A stretch of DNA of 64,000 nucleotides from Gemmatimonadota bacterium (GCA_003169895.1 PNAE01000004.1:74487-138486); one strand, 5' to 3'; counted from the first letter of the stretch, positions 48,369 to 57,915 are shown. Numbers and translations: made by a program. Notes: a model not told the origin generated them from the letters alone.

Positions 48369-48513
48369 TCACGCCCGCACCTCGATGGCTCGCTTCAACG
48401 TTGTCTGGTCACGCCACGTAACGTCCAATGATGTCCCAGCGCACGCCTTCCATCCAACTCGCCAATCGAACTGCCACAAGCGGCAAGCTAAACTCAGTCA
48501 ACCGGGGGATGGG

Positions 48514-49434
48514 ATGGTAACGATGTCGCGCCGCCTCCGAGCCATGCTGTCGTTGGCAGTCCCGCTCACCGGATGCAACATGCCCGACAGCGGAAGCAAC
48601 GGCACCGGCCATCTGACGGTCACGGTGAACGGCGTTGCCTGGACGGCATCGGCACAATCAGTGGCGACTGCGGCGATCGCCTCTGGCGCCGGCGTCTATT
48701 CCATTCTGGTTTCGCAGACCGCGGACGCTGACGCGCTGAACCTCTCGATGACGCTCTACAACATCAGCGGTCCCGGTACCTATCCGCTCGGCGTTGACTC
48801 GACGGTATTTGGCGGCATCGGGGTGGTGTCCAACCTTGATGCGGGCTGGGCCACGCCGCTCTCGGGGGCGGCGGGAACGATCACGGTGGATACCCTCACG
48901 TCCGCTCGAATGACCGGAACGTTCTCGTTCACTGCGAACGCGCTCAGCGGTGGAGCGACGGGAACGCGCGTCGTCAGCGGCGGCGATTTCGATCTCCCCA
49001 TCGTGGCGGTCGGCAGGACACCGGTTCCCGACCAGGCCGGTAGTGCGATCAGCACCACGATCAGCGGAATACCGTGGAACGCGGCTGCCGTCGGAGGATC
49101 GGTCAGCACCGCCGGCTCCGCGAGCGCGTTGACCTTCCTGGGGAGCAATCTCGACTTCAGCGTCGCGCTGGTGATCGCATCGTTTACCGGGATCGGCAGC
49201 TACGCACTCGGCTCGACGCCGGGCCAGTACATGGCCGTGTCGAGCGTGGCAGGCACGCCCAGGCGCTGGGGTGGCACCGGTGTGTCGAACAGCGGAACCG
49301 TGTCGATGACCAGCGCGACCGCTACGCGGGTGGCGGGGACATTCAGCGTCACGTTGCCGCCAGATCCGACCACCGGCGCGACCGGCACCCTGACGTTGAA
49401 CGGCACCTTCACCGTTGGGCTGAAGCAGCCGTAG
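48514..49434 (+). CDS. lipoprotein with two tandem homologous beta-rich domains (DUF6252-like, tentative)
   Basis: ATG 48514 (or 48523) gives MVTMSRRLRAMLSLAVPLTGC (lipobox). Domain 1 (..NGVAWTASA..GPGTYPLG..GTITVDTLTSARMTGTFSFTA..) is repeated as domain 2 (..SGIPWNAAA..GIGSYALG..GTVSMTSATATRVAGTFSVTL..). Confidence 0.75.
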   Translation: MVTMSRRLRAMLSLAVPLTGCNMPDSGSNGTGHLTVTVNGVAWTASAQSVATAAIASGAGVYSILVSQTADADALNLSMTLYNISGPGTYPLGVDSTVFGGIGVVSNLDAGWATPLSGAAGTITVDTLTSARMTGTFSFTANALSGGATGTRVVSGGDFDLPIVAVGRTPVPDQAGSAISTTISGIPWNAAAVGGSVSTAGSASALTFLGSNLDFSVALVIASFTGIGSYALGSTPGQYMAVSSVAGTPRRWGGTGVSNSGTVSMTSATATRVAGTFSVTLPPDPTTGATGTLTLNGTFTVGLKQP

Positions 49435-49581
49435 CGCCGGACACCCGGTGGCGCACCGGTATCGCCATTGACCATATAGCCAAAGCCAATGGCTTGGCGC
49501 AGACTAGAACTAGAGTACCATCCAATGCATCTTGATGGACGCCTCGCAACCGCACAGATTCATCGTCGATCAAAGGGCGCC

Positions 49582-51054
49582 ATGGACATCCTGATACTGC
49601 AGCCGCCAAGTCCTCCGTTGATGAACGTAAAGCGCGATCTCGCCGGCGGGATGGGCGTCGCCGATCCGTCCAAGCGGAACCGCTTCGGCCACGACCGCAA
49701 CTACATCACGATGCCCTATTCGTCTCTGCTCTATGCCGCCGGGGTGCTGGAGCGGGATGGGCATAAAGTGACCTTCGTTGACGCGCAGGAGGAAGACCTG
49801 GACAAGGACCAGGTTGTCGCGCGAGTGCGGGAACTGCGTCCGACAGTGGTGGTCCAACTCCTGAACCTTCCCTCGTTCTACGGCGATCTCGACGTCATGG
49901 CGGCGATTCGCGCGGGAGCGCCCGGAGTGCGAACGGTTGCAGTCGGAACCATCACCATTCCGCTGTACGACCAGATCGCGGAATCCGGCATCGTGGATGC
50001 CATTATTCGCGGCGACGCCGAAGTCCTGCTGCCGCGCCTGCTCGAATTGTTCTCGGATCCAAAGCCGGGGGCGTTGCCAGTGATAGGGCCTTTTGAAAAG
50101 CACAAAGGAGCCTGGGTCAACAAGCAGGTGGCGCACGTAACAGATTTTGATGCGTTGCCGTCAGTGCCGTACCATCTGATACCGCTGGAACGATATTGGT
50201 ATTACCCGTTCGGAGTGAACGTGCCCTATGCCACGGTTTTCGCGTCGCGTGGTTGCTCCTATCACTGCTACTACTGTCCCTATCCCATGGGCTTCGGCGA
50301 CCAGATCATTCACCGCGATCCGATCCGGGTGGTTGACGAGATCGAAGACGTGTACAACAAGCGCGGGGTGCGGGCCATTTTGTTTCGCGATCAAGTCTTC
50401 ACCGCCGTCCGCGAGAAGACGATGCAGTTGTGCGACGAAATCATCCGCCGCGGTCTCAAGATCCGCTGGCTTGCCGAAACTCGCCTGGACAATGTGGATG
50501 AGGAGCTGCTGCGCAAAATGAAGGAATCCGGTTGCGTGCGGTTGCAATTCGGAATGGAGAGCGGCGACGAGAAGCTCTTCGAAAAGGTGGGCAAGGACGG
50601 CGCCAAGGGGAAGTTCGAGCAATTCCTCAGCAATTTCGAATTGGTGGAGCGCGTGGGCATTGCCGCCCACATGTTCATCCTGGTCGGCCTGCTGGGCGAG
50701 ACCTGGGATACCGTTCAGGCCTCCATCAAGACGATCCAGAGGCTGAAACCCCTCACGCTGCAAGTGGCGATTGTCACGCCGTATCCTGGCACGGGCTTGT
50801 ATGCCCAAGCCAAGGCCAAGGGACTGCTGCGGACCGAGGATCTTTCGCAATTCACCGGCTTTGTTCCGGTGAGCCGCACCGAAAAGATGGGGCCCGAGGA
50901 CCTCGAGGAAGCCCGCGTCATGATCATCAAGGCACATCGCCGCAGCATATTCTGGAAGAAGCAGCGGCATCTGGCGAAGCTGACCGTTCGATATGCGCTG
51001 AACGGCGAGCTGGTGCCGCGACTCCTGCGCAGGTCGTTGGTACGCACCGCGTAA
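49582..51054 (+). CDS. B12-binding-domain radical SAM protein (class B)
   Basis: ATG 49582 gives MDILILQPPSPP (typical B12-domain N-terminus). CxxxCxxC cluster in FASRGCSYHCYYCPYP. TAA stop. Hand-counted GC is about 57-58% on sampled lines. Confidence 0.85.
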   Translation: MDILILQPPSPPLMNVKRDLAGGMGVADPSKRNRFGHDRNYITMPYSSLLYAAGVLERDGHKVTFVDAQEEDLDKDQVVARVRELRPTVVVQLLNLPSFYGDLDVMAAIRAGAPGVRTVAVGTITIPLYDQIAESGIVDAIIRGDAEVLLPRLLELFSDPKPGALPVIGPFEKHKGAWVNKQVAHVTDFDALPSVPYHLIPLERYWYYPFGVNVPYATVFASRGCSYHCYYCPYPMGFGDQIIHRDPIRVVDEIEDVYNKRGVRAILFRDQVFTAVREKTMQLCDEIIRRGLKIRWLAETRLDNVDEELLRKMKESGCVRLQFGMESGDEKLFEKVGKDGAKGKFEQFLSNFELVERVGIAAHMFILVGLLGETWDTVQASIKTIQRLKPLTLQVAIVTPYPGTGLYAQAKAKGLLRTEDLSQFTGFVPVSRTEKMGPEDLEEARVMIIKAHRRSIFWKKQRHLAKLTVRYALNGELVPRLLRRSLVRTA

Positions 51055-51147
51055 GCGGAATGAGCATGCCCGCCCCCTGGTAGTAACTTCGATGGGCTTT
51101 CTTCCCGTTCGCCCGCCAACGTTGCCGCGCCCGTCCCGGAGTAGTCG

Positions 51148-53442
51148 TTGTCGTCTGCGCTGCAGTCGATTTTCACCTTCCTGTTCAAATATCCGCCGCG
51201 CGTCTTCCAGCGCGGTGACCTGGTCGTGGCGCCGGTCGTTCCCGCGTTGGCGCTGGCAACGGGCTTCGTGGCGGCGCTTGTCCTCGCGTGGCTGGCGGCG
51301 CGAGGGCTGAAGGGGATACGCCCGGTTGACCGGGTCGTGCTTTCCGGGTTGCGCATTGCGGTCTTTGCGTTGGTGGCCGGCTGCCTGCTTCGACCGGCGC
51401 TGGCGCTGACCAGCGCGGTTCCGCAACGGAACGTACTTGCCATTGCGCTGGACGATTCGCGGAGCATGCGGATTCGCGACGTCGATACCAGCCGCCGTGT
51501 AACGATGGTGCAACGGGTGTTTGCGGACTCCGCGGCGCTGGTCAAGCGACTCGCCGACAAGTTCGCACTCCGATTCTTCCGGTTCAGCGCCGAAGCGTCG
51601 CCGATCCGCGACGCCGCGGAACTCAGCGCGGCGGGCGCCCGCACCGACATCGCGACGGCGTTCGAATCGGTGAAGCAGGAACTCGCCGACGTGCCGGTAG
51701 CCGGCGTGGTCATCGTGAGCGATGGCGCCGACAACTCCAGCACGGATCTGTCCGCGGCGTTGATGGGACTGCGCATCCGACACGTACCCGTGTATACCGT
51801 TGGCGTCGGCCGCGAACGCTTTGTCCGCGACGTATCCGTCGACCGGCTCGATGTACCGGCCAGCACACTCAAGGGCTCCGGCGTTCTCGTCACCGCGACG
51901 ATCGGGGCTCGCGGTGTGAGCGGCGATTCCGCTTTGGTGACGGCCGAGGCGGACGGCCACATTGTGGCGACACAGACAATCCGGTTCCCGGCGCAGCGTG
52001 ACGTCGTCGATGTGCCACTGCGAGTACCGCCGCTCGATGTCGGTACTCACGTGATCGCGGTGCGTGTGTCACCGCTCCGCGGTGAAATCACGATCGAGAA
52101 CAACGAGGCGCAGTCGCTCCTCCAGGTCCGGCCGGGGTACGAGCGTGTGCTGTACCTCGAAGGAGAGCCACGCTTCGAATTCGCATTTCTACGCCGCGCG
52201 TTCGACGCCGACAGCGCGGTCCGGCTGGTCGGGCTGCTCCGCAGCGCCAAGGGCAAGTTCCTGCGCATCAACGTCAACGACTCGCTCGACCTGCTGGGCG
52301 GGTTTCCAACCCGGCGCGCTGAGTTGTTCCAGTATCGCGGCCTGATTCTCGGCAATGTCGAGGCATCGTTCTTCACCGGCGACCAATTGCGCATGATCGC
52401 GGATTTCGTGGATCGCCGGGGCGGAGCGCTCATTGCGCTTGGCGGCCGGCAAGCGCTGGCTGAGGGCGGGTACGCTGGCACGCCGATCGCCGAAGTGCTG
52501 CCCTTCACGCTCGAGCACGGGGGACGCCGTTCGACCGACACGGCGATGGCGACACTGAAGGTCGAGCCGACCTCGGCAGGATTGGTCCATCCCGCGCTGC
52601 AGCTCGGACCGGACGGCGCGGTGAACGCGGCGCGCTGGGATTCGCTGCCGACGCTCACCGCCGTCAACCAGCTCGGCGATCTTCGCGCAGGCGCCGAAAC
52701 GGTGCTCGTGGGACAGGTGCTGCCCCGGGGAGAACGCCGGGCGGTCCTCGCCGTACAGCACTACGGTCGCGGTTTGGCAGCGGTGCTCGGGGTGCAGGAT
52801 ACCTGGACCTGGAAGATGGACTCCCGTTCGCCGATGGATAGCCGCAGCTTCGAAGCCTTCTGGCGACAACTGGTGCGGTGGAGCCTCGATCAGGTACCGG
52901 AGCGCGTCGAGGTGACGGCGGTACCCGACCGGGTCGGTCCCGGTGAGCCAGTCACGCTGCGCGCGCGGGTGGTCGACTCGATATATATGGATGTGAACGA
53001 CGCGAACGTGACCGCGGAGGTCACCACACCCTCGGGCAGCGTGAGCAACGTGCCACTCGCGTGGGCGCTGCGCACCGACGGCACCTACGCGGGACGGTTC
53101 GTCGCCGCGGAGCAGGGGACCTATCGGTTTACGGTGCTGGCAGTGCGCGGCCGCGATTCCACCCGGTCCGGCGCCGGTGCGGTGCTCGCCGATGCCCGCG
53201 GCGCCGATATGGATCATGCCGAACTCCGGACGGCGCTCTTGCAGCGGATCGCTCGGGAGACCGGCGGCAAGTACTACCCGATTGGCGATCTCGGTCACCT
53301 TCCCGATGACGTGCTGCTGACCGAAAGCGGGATCACGGCGCACGAGTCGCGCGATCTCTGGGACATGCCCGTCGTGCTGCTGCTACTGGTGCTGCTGCTC
53401 GGCACGGAGTGGGCGTATCGACGGTGGCGAGGCCTTGCATGA
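51148..53442 (+). CDS. membrane protein with vWA domain and C-terminal class-I glutamine-amidotransferase-like domain
   Basis: TTG 51148 is the only start after the in-frame TAG at 51142, with GGAG 6 nt upstream. N-terminal TM helices, MIDAS motif LDDSRSM, GATase1-like motif YRGLILGNVEA...GGALIALGG, and a C-terminal TM helix. Confidence 0.75.
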   Translation: MSSALQSIFTFLFKYPPRVFQRGDLVVAPVVPALALATGFVAALVLAWLAARGLKGIRPVDRVVLSGLRIAVFALVAGCLLRPALALTSAVPQRNVLAIALDDSRSMRIRDVDTSRRVTMVQRVFADSAALVKRLADKFALRFFRFSAEASPIRDAAELSAAGARTDIATAFESVKQELADVPVAGVVIVSDGADNSSTDLSAALMGLRIRHVPVYTVGVGRERFVRDVSVDRLDVPASTLKGSGVLVTATIGARGVSGDSALVTAEADGHIVATQTIRFPAQRDVVDVPLRVPPLDVGTHVIAVRVSPLRGEITIENNEAQSLLQVRPGYERVLYLEGEPRFEFAFLRRAFDADSAVRLVGLLRSAKGKFLRINVNDSLDLLGGFPTRRAELFQYRGLILGNVEASFFTGDQLRMIADFVDRRGGALIALGGRQALAEGGYAGTPIAEVLPFTLEHGGRRSTDTAMATLKVEPTSAGLVHPALQLGPDGAVNAARWDSLPTLTAVNQLGDLRAGAETVLVGQVLPRGERRAVLAVQHYGRGLAAVLGVQDTWTWKMDSRSPMDSRSFEAFWRQLVRWSLDQVPERVEVTAVPDRVGPGEPVTLRARVVDSIYMDVNDANVTAEVTTPSGSVSNVPLAWALRTDGTYAGRFVAAEQGTYRFTVLAVRGRDSTRSGAGAVLADARGADMDHAELRTALLQRIARETGGKYYPIGDLGHLPDDVLLTESGITAHESRDLWDMPVVLLLLVLLLGTEWAYRRWRGLA

Positions 53443-54386
53443 CGCGCGGGCTCCTGTCCGTCCTCCTGATGGTGGCCCCGACCTCGGGCACTGGCGCGCA
53501 GCAGGGCGGCGCAACGCACGTGCTGTTGATCACCGGACTGTCTGCCGAGCCGCGCTTTGCTCGCAGCTTCGGCGCCGCGGCGGGATCGATTTACGACGCG
53601 GCCCGCGAACAGTGGCACGTCGCCGATTCCAATCTCGCGTATCTCGCGGAAGATCCGGCCGCTGACCCCAAGCGAATCAGCGGCAAGGCGACCAAGGCTA
53701 CGATGGAGCAGGCGTTCGCGTCGATCGCGCGGCGGGTACAACCCGGTGATGTCGTCCTGATCTTCCTGGTGGGGCATGGCAGTGGGGAAATGGCGGCGTC
53801 CGCGGTCAACCTGCCGGGGCCCGATCCAACTGCCGCCGATTATGCCGGCTGGCTCGCTCCGCTGGCGCGGGCCACGGTCGTGTTCGTGAACGCGTCGAGT
53901 GCGAGCGGCGACTTCGCGCCGCTGCTTGCCGGTCCAAACCGGGTGATTGTCACGGCGACCAGAACGGCCATCGAACGCAACGAGTCGGTTTTCGCGGCTT
54001 ACTTCGCCAGGGGACTGACCGGCACCGAAGCCGACGCGGACAAGGACGGGCGCGTGTCGATCGCCGAAGCGTTCAACTACGCGCGCGACCAGGTGGCGAA
54101 GGCGTATGAATCGACCAACCGGATGCAGACCGAGCACGCCGTGCTCGCCGATCCGAGCGGCTTGGCGGCGCGGATCGCCTTCGGCGGCAACGCCGCGAGT
54201 GCCGACCCGCGCGTGACTGCACTCGTTGGCCAACGCCGCGTGCTCGAATCGCAGGTTGATTCGCTGCGCCGGGTGAAGATCGGCATGGACACGACGGCCT
54301 ACGAGCGGGCGCTGGAACAGTTGCTCCTGCAGATTGCCGCGAAAACGCAAGCGATCAACGCGTTGCAATCGGGAGCGAAGCCGTGA
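53439..54386 (+). CDS. secreted peptidase C13 (legumain/caspase-fold)-like protein lacking the catalytic Cys
   Basis: ATG 53439 (ATGA overlap). Signal peptide. LIFLVGHGSG matches the His-Gly site, but the expected A-C-x-S-G site reads VFVNASSASGDF. The DADKDGRVSIAEAF tail is typical of bacterial C13 homologues. Confidence 0.6.
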   Translation: MTRGLLSVLLMVAPTSGTGAQQGGATHVLLITGLSAEPRFARSFGAAAGSIYDAAREQWHVADSNLAYLAEDPAADPKRISGKATKATMEQAFASIARRVQPGDVVLIFLVGHGSGEMAASAVNLPGPDPTAADYAGWLAPLARATVVFVNASSASGDFAPLLAGPNRVIVTATRTAIERNESVFAAYFARGLTGTEADADKDGRVSIAEAFNYARDQVAKAYESTNRMQTEHAVLADPSGLAARIAFGGNAASADPRVTALVGQRRVLESQVDSLRRVKIGMDTTAYERALEQLLLQIAAKTQAINALQSGAKP

Positions 54387-56860
54387 CGGGCGGCAGGTCG
54401 GGCTGGCTCGTACTCGTCATGCTGCCATGTATTGTTGCCGCGCAGCAGCCGGCGCAACCGGGCGTGCCAACGGTGCGGCAGTTGATCGAATCCGGGCGGC
54501 TCGATGACGCGGAGCGGTCAGCGCGTGCCGGCGGTGACGCCGAAGCCGTTGCGCTCGGCGACGTGCTGGTGCTGCACGGCCGGCTCAGCGCTGCCGATGC
54601 GGTGTATCGCGACGCGCTGTTTCGGCGCCTGCCCGCCTATCGCACCGCCGCCGCAGCGCTCGCCGAACTTGCGGTGCGCCGCGGCGATCGCGGTGAAGCG
54701 ACCAGCCTCGCCAATGATGTCGTGGCCGGGTACCGGCAGAACGGCACGACGTGGCCGGCGGCGGATCAGGTTGCGGCCGGGCGCGCCTTCGCGGTGCTGG
54801 GTCGCTGGGATCCGCAGGCATTCCACGACGCGCTGCGCGCCCTGGACCGTGTCATTGCCGCCGACAGCGGCAACATCGACGCGCAGTTGCGCGCCGCCGA
54901 CCTGCTGCTCGACAAGTACAACGCCCCCGATGCGCGCGAGAGCTACCGGGCCGTGCTCAAGCGGGTACCCGACCAACCTCGCGCCCTCTTTGGCCTCGCT
55001 CGCGCGGACGCATTTGAAGGCGGCGCCGGTGCGACCGCAGCAGTGCGCCGGAGTCTTGCCCGGAACCCGTATCTCGTGCCCGCGCTGCTATTACTCGCCG
55101 AGCAGCACCTGCAGGCCGAAGCGTATGATTCGGCGATTGCGGCAGCCACGGGCGGGCTCGCGGTCGATTCCACGGCGGTGCAGGGGTGGGGCGTTCTTGG
55201 CGCCATCGCCTGGATGCGCGGTGACTCGGCGAACTTCGCAGTGGCCCGGCGCGCTGCCGAGCGCGTGCAGGCGCATCCGGTCGACTTCTACACTGAGATC
55301 GCCGAGGCCGCAGCCCGACAACGCCGATACGCCGACGCGATCACGATGGGGGAGGCAGCGGTGCGGGCGGATTCGCAATCGGCGCAAGCCTTTGGCGTGC
55401 TGGGCGAGAATCAGTTGCGGTGCGGCGACATGGTGAGCGGGCGTACCAACCTCGAGCGATCGTTCGCGCTCGATCCGTACAACCTGTGGCACAAGAACAT
55501 GCTCGACCTGCTGGACAACCTCCGCGGGTTCACGACCGCCAATACGGCGCGATTTCAACTGGTCGCGCCGCCGGCGGAGGCCGAGTACCTCGCGCTCTAC
55601 CTCGGACCATTGCTCGAGGCGGCGTATGACACCTTCGCGCTGCGCTACAACTACCGGCCACCGACGCCGATTCGCGTCGAACTGTATGGCCGGCACGCCG
55701 ACTTCTCGGTTCGCACCGTGGGACTTACCGGACTCGGCGCGCTGGGTGTCAGCTTTGGGCCGGTACTGGTACTCGACTCGCCGCAGTCGCGCGACGTGGG
55801 CGATCTGAACTACGGATCCACCGCCTGGCACGAACTGGCGCACACCTTCACGCTGGGCCTGTCGCAGCACCGGGTGCCGCGCTGGATTTCGGAAGGGTTG
55901 TCCGTCCTTGAGGAGCGGCGCGCCGGCCACGGTTGGGGCGCGGACGTCTCGCCGGACTTCCTGGCCGTGTATAAAGGAGGCGTGCTCCCGACCGCGAGCC
56001 ATATCAACGAAGGGCTGGTCCGACCAACGTTTCCGGCGGAAATCGGTTTCAGCTACTACGAGGCGTCGCTCGTCGTGGCCATGATCGAAGGGGAACACGG
56101 CATTGCTGCGATCCGTGCGATGTTGACGGCGTACGCCGACGGCCTCGACACCCCCGCCGTGTTGCAGCTCGTACTGGGGATGACGTCGGATGCGTTCGAC
56201 CAGCATTTTGACCGCTGGATTCGGGCGCGTTTCGCCAAGCCGCTCGCGGCGATCGATTCCTCCGACGGAACGCACAATGCCACCGGGGCGTATGTCACGC
56301 TGGTGCGCGACGGGACCAGGTTACTCAAGGCCGGCCAGTACGATTCGGCGCGTGCGCTGCTGCTCCGCGCCCAGCAGATCTTCCCGGAGGACGGCACGGT
56401 CGACGGCCCGGCCTGGCAGCTGGGACACCTCGACCGGGACATGGGGAACCCGCGCGCGGCCGCGCTCCAGGTCCACACGGTCACGATGCACAGCGAGACC
56501 GCCGCGGATGCCAATGACGTCGAGGCGTCGCTGCTGCTGCAGGTCAACGATTCGGCGGGCGCACTCGCGGCACTGGAACGGCAGCAATGGATCGGGCCCT
56601 ACGACGTTGCGCTGCACCTGCGCATCGCTGACTTGAGCGAACGACTGCATGACTGGTCGAGGGCCGTCCGCGAACGCCGCGCGGTGCTGACACTCGATCC
56701 GCCCGACAAGCTGGAAGCCCGTTACCAGCTGGCCAGCACGTTGTCACGCGCCGGCGACAAGGCGGCAGCGCGCCACGAGATTCTGCAGGTGCTGGAACAG
56801 GCGCCGGCGTTCGAAAAGGCACAAGCGCTGCTGCTGGAACTTCGGGGCAGTTCCCCATGA
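54383..56860 (+). CDS. secreted TPR-repeat protein with Peptidase_MA_2-type gluzincin domain
   Basis: GTG 54383 (GTGA overlap). Signal peptide, TPR-like helical repeats on both sides, and a central WHELAHTF...PRWISEGLSVLEE (HExxH plus downstream EG). Confidence 0.7.
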   Translation: MTGGRSGWLVLVMLPCIVAAQQPAQPGVPTVRQLIESGRLDDAERSARAGGDAEAVALGDVLVLHGRLSAADAVYRDALFRRLPAYRTAAAALAELAVRRGDRGEATSLANDVVAGYRQNGTTWPAADQVAAGRAFAVLGRWDPQAFHDALRALDRVIAADSGNIDAQLRAADLLLDKYNAPDARESYRAVLKRVPDQPRALFGLARADAFEGGAGATAAVRRSLARNPYLVPALLLLAEQHLQAEAYDSAIAAATGGLAVDSTAVQGWGVLGAIAWMRGDSANFAVARRAAERVQAHPVDFYTEIAEAAARQRRYADAITMGEAAVRADSQSAQAFGVLGENQLRCGDMVSGRTNLERSFALDPYNLWHKNMLDLLDNLRGFTTANTARFQLVAPPAEAEYLALYLGPLLEAAYDTFALRYNYRPPTPIRVELYGRHADFSVRTVGLTGLGALGVSFGPVLVLDSPQSRDVGDLNYGSTAWHELAHTFTLGLSQHRVPRWISEGLSVLEERRAGHGWGADVSPDFLAVYKGGVLPTASHINEGLVRPTFPAEIGFSYYEASLVVAMIEGEHGIAAIRAMLTAYADGLDTPAVLQLVLGMTSDAFDQHFDRWIRARFAKPLAAIDSSDGTHNATGAYVTLVRDGTRLLKAGQYDSARALLLRAQQIFPEDGTVDGPAWQLGHLDRDMGNPRAAALQVHTVTMHSETAADANDVEASLLLQVNDSAGALAALERQQWIGPYDVALHLRIADLSERLHDWSRAVRERRAVLTLDPPDKLEARYQLASTLSRAGDKAAARHEILQVLEQAPAFEKAQALLLELRGSSP

Positions 56861-56870
56861 TCGGAAAGGA

Positions 56871-57908
56871 ATGCGCGTGACCTTGACCTCTCCTCCCTCC
56901 CAGCTCGACCGACTCGACGACGTGGCGCTCGCCGAACGGTTGCACGCCGCAGGGGGCCGGATTGCGGCCGAGCTTCGTAAAGTGATCGTCGGGCAGGAAG
57001 CCGTGGTCGAGCAGGCGCTCGTTGCGCTGTTCGCCGGCGGCAACTGCCTGGTGGTCGGCGTGCCCGGCCTGGCAAAGACACTCCTCATTCACAGCCTGGC
57101 GCAGGCGCTCGATCTGACATTCTCGCGCATCCAGTTCACGCCGGACCTGATGCCATCCGATGTGACCGGCACCGACATGATCCAGGACGATCCCGTGACC
57201 GGCCATCGACGGCTGTCATTTCTGGCGGGCCCGATCTTCGCCAACGTCGTCCTGGCCGACGAGATCAATCGCACGCCACCCAAGACCCAGGCGGCGCTGC
57301 TCGAAGCGATGCAGGAAAAGCGCGTCACGGTCCAGGGCAAGACCTACCAGCTCGAGCCGCCATTCTTCGTGTTTGCCACGCAGAACCCGATCGAACTGGA
57401 AGGCACCTACCCGCTGCCCGAAGCGCAACTCGACCGGTTCATGTTCGAGGTAGTGATGGACTATTCGCCGGAAGAGGATGAAATGGCGATCGTACGCAAC
57501 ACAACCACCGTGCTGCCCGAAGCGATCGTGTCGGTGATCAGCCGTGAGGAGATCATCGCGCTGCAGCAGGTCGTTCGGCGAGTCCCGGTCGCCGACGCGG
57601 TGGTCCGCTACGCCGTCAAGCTCGTGCGCGCCACGCGCCCCGGCGCCGATTCGCCCGATTTCGTCCGGCAGTGGCTCGCCTACGGCGCCAGCGTGCGCGC
57701 CGCACAGGCGCTGATTCTTGGCGGGAAGGCGCGGTCCCTGCTGCAGGGGCGCGCGCATGTAGCGTTCGACGACATCCGTGCCCTGGCGCGGCCGGTGCTG
57801 CGCCACCGCCTGCTGCGCAACTTCCAGGCGCAATCGGAGCGCGTCACCACGGACATGCTGGTGGATCGCGTGCTCGAAGTCGTGCCGGTCCCCAAGTCAG
57901 GTCTCTGA
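56871..57908 (+). CDS. MoxR-family AAA+ ATPase
   Basis: Walker A GVPGLAKT, Walker B VLADEINR, and PEAQLDRF. 345 aa. Confidence 0.92.
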   Translation: MRVTLTSPPSQLDRLDDVALAERLHAAGGRIAAELRKVIVGQEAVVEQALVALFAGGNCLVVGVPGLAKTLLIHSLAQALDLTFSRIQFTPDLMPSDVTGTDMIQDDPVTGHRRLSFLAGPIFANVVLADEINRTPPKTQAALLEAMQEKRVTVQGKTYQLEPPFFVFATQNPIELEGTYPLPEAQLDRFMFEVVMDYSPEEDEMAIVRNTTTVLPEAIVSVISREEIIALQQVVRRVPVADAVVRYAVKLVRATRPGADSPDFVRQWLAYGASVRAAQALILGGKARSLLQGRAHVAFDDIRALARPVLRHRLLRNFQAQSERVTTDMLVDRVLEVVPVPKSGL

Positions 57909-57915
57909 GGCCGCC

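Noticed and set aside
51069-51076. Possible attR: CCCGCCCC matching the tRNA-Met 3' end (46546-46553) at the far edge of the accessory patch
   Set aside because: Only 8 identical GC-only bases, which is expected by chance in 70% GC DNA. The flanking bases diverge (CCAGCTA versus CCTGGTA), and there is no integrase gene.
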